From Octopus sinensis (lineage: Eukaryota), in contig NC_043026.1 in assembly GCF_006345805.1 (NCBI RefSeq), positions 5,704,001 to 5,768,000 on the forward strand: a stretch of DNA of 64,000 nt, written 5' to 3'. The notes under the pieces were generated by a model. That model saw nothing but the letters and a program-made list of their open reading frames with translations. It was not told where the DNA came from and ran no database searches. This document shows, one piece after another, positions 63,511-64,000 of this stretch. Made by a program: the position numbers and the translations under genes. Position 1 is the first letter of the stretch, and each line of letters begins with the position of its first letter.

Positions 63511-64000
63511 GAGTGAGATAGCAGTGCATGCCATCAAAGTGACACTGGGGTAAAATATACGAACCCAGTATACCCATCATGATTACCCATCTGATAATGG
63601 TACACTAGGCACATGCATCACAACCATATGTGCACGACATGGTGATCTCTTATCAAGATAAACAGCACATGACCTTGCAGGTGGGGCCCAGTTAGAATTT
63701 TCATCTGGTTGGGTAACCCATCCCACTCAAAAGGTCCCCGATTAAGGGTTGTTTAAGAATGTTGAATGAAACACCCATGTTTCCAGAGGTGAATTATTCA
63801 AACCCCAAAGAATCCCTCTCAACACATGGCTATGATGCTCCCCCACTACTTCTGCTCGTGATCAGAGATGCACATATCGTCAGCCACTAAGGGACATGCT
63901 CAACTGGTTACGGTCAAACAACTGACAAGCAAATCTGTGGTATTCAGCAGAATATTTGCTCATATATATAATATATACATATATATATATATATATATAT

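Noticed and set aside
63490-63960. 470-bp mixed-composition segment as a gene or ncRNA
   Set aside because: No ORF, splice or fold evidence. It is probably an interspersed repeat, but it is single-copy here so this cannot be shown

Overview
Repeat-saturated, AT-rich eukaryotic (animal) genomic DNA. The SINE families, the (TA)n/(CA)n load and the RPL37 sequence suggest an octopod cephalopod, which is an inference from memory and not a database hit. One complete gene is securely readable: a 4-exon RPL37 (eL37, 101 aa) on the minus strand, with CDS 50430 to 38083 and three introns that are each about 4.0 kb. A probable first coding exon of an unidentified gene lies at 21540-21629 (-). The rest is four abundant SINE-like families (called A-D here), many amplified into local tandem arrays including a ~4.3-kb satellite with a higher-order repeat. 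There are also non-autonomous Helitrons (one with a 5x amplified 5' end), MITEs, decayed mariner, CR1 and RTE fragments, and Penelope-like ends carrying hammerhead-ribozyme motifs at five or more loci. Nearly all ORFs in the supplied track are repeat artefacts. No prokaryotic system, CRISPR array, rRNA or true tRNA gene is supported. The best second-look items are the hammerhead motifs, the Helitron structures, several long hairpins and the orphan exon.
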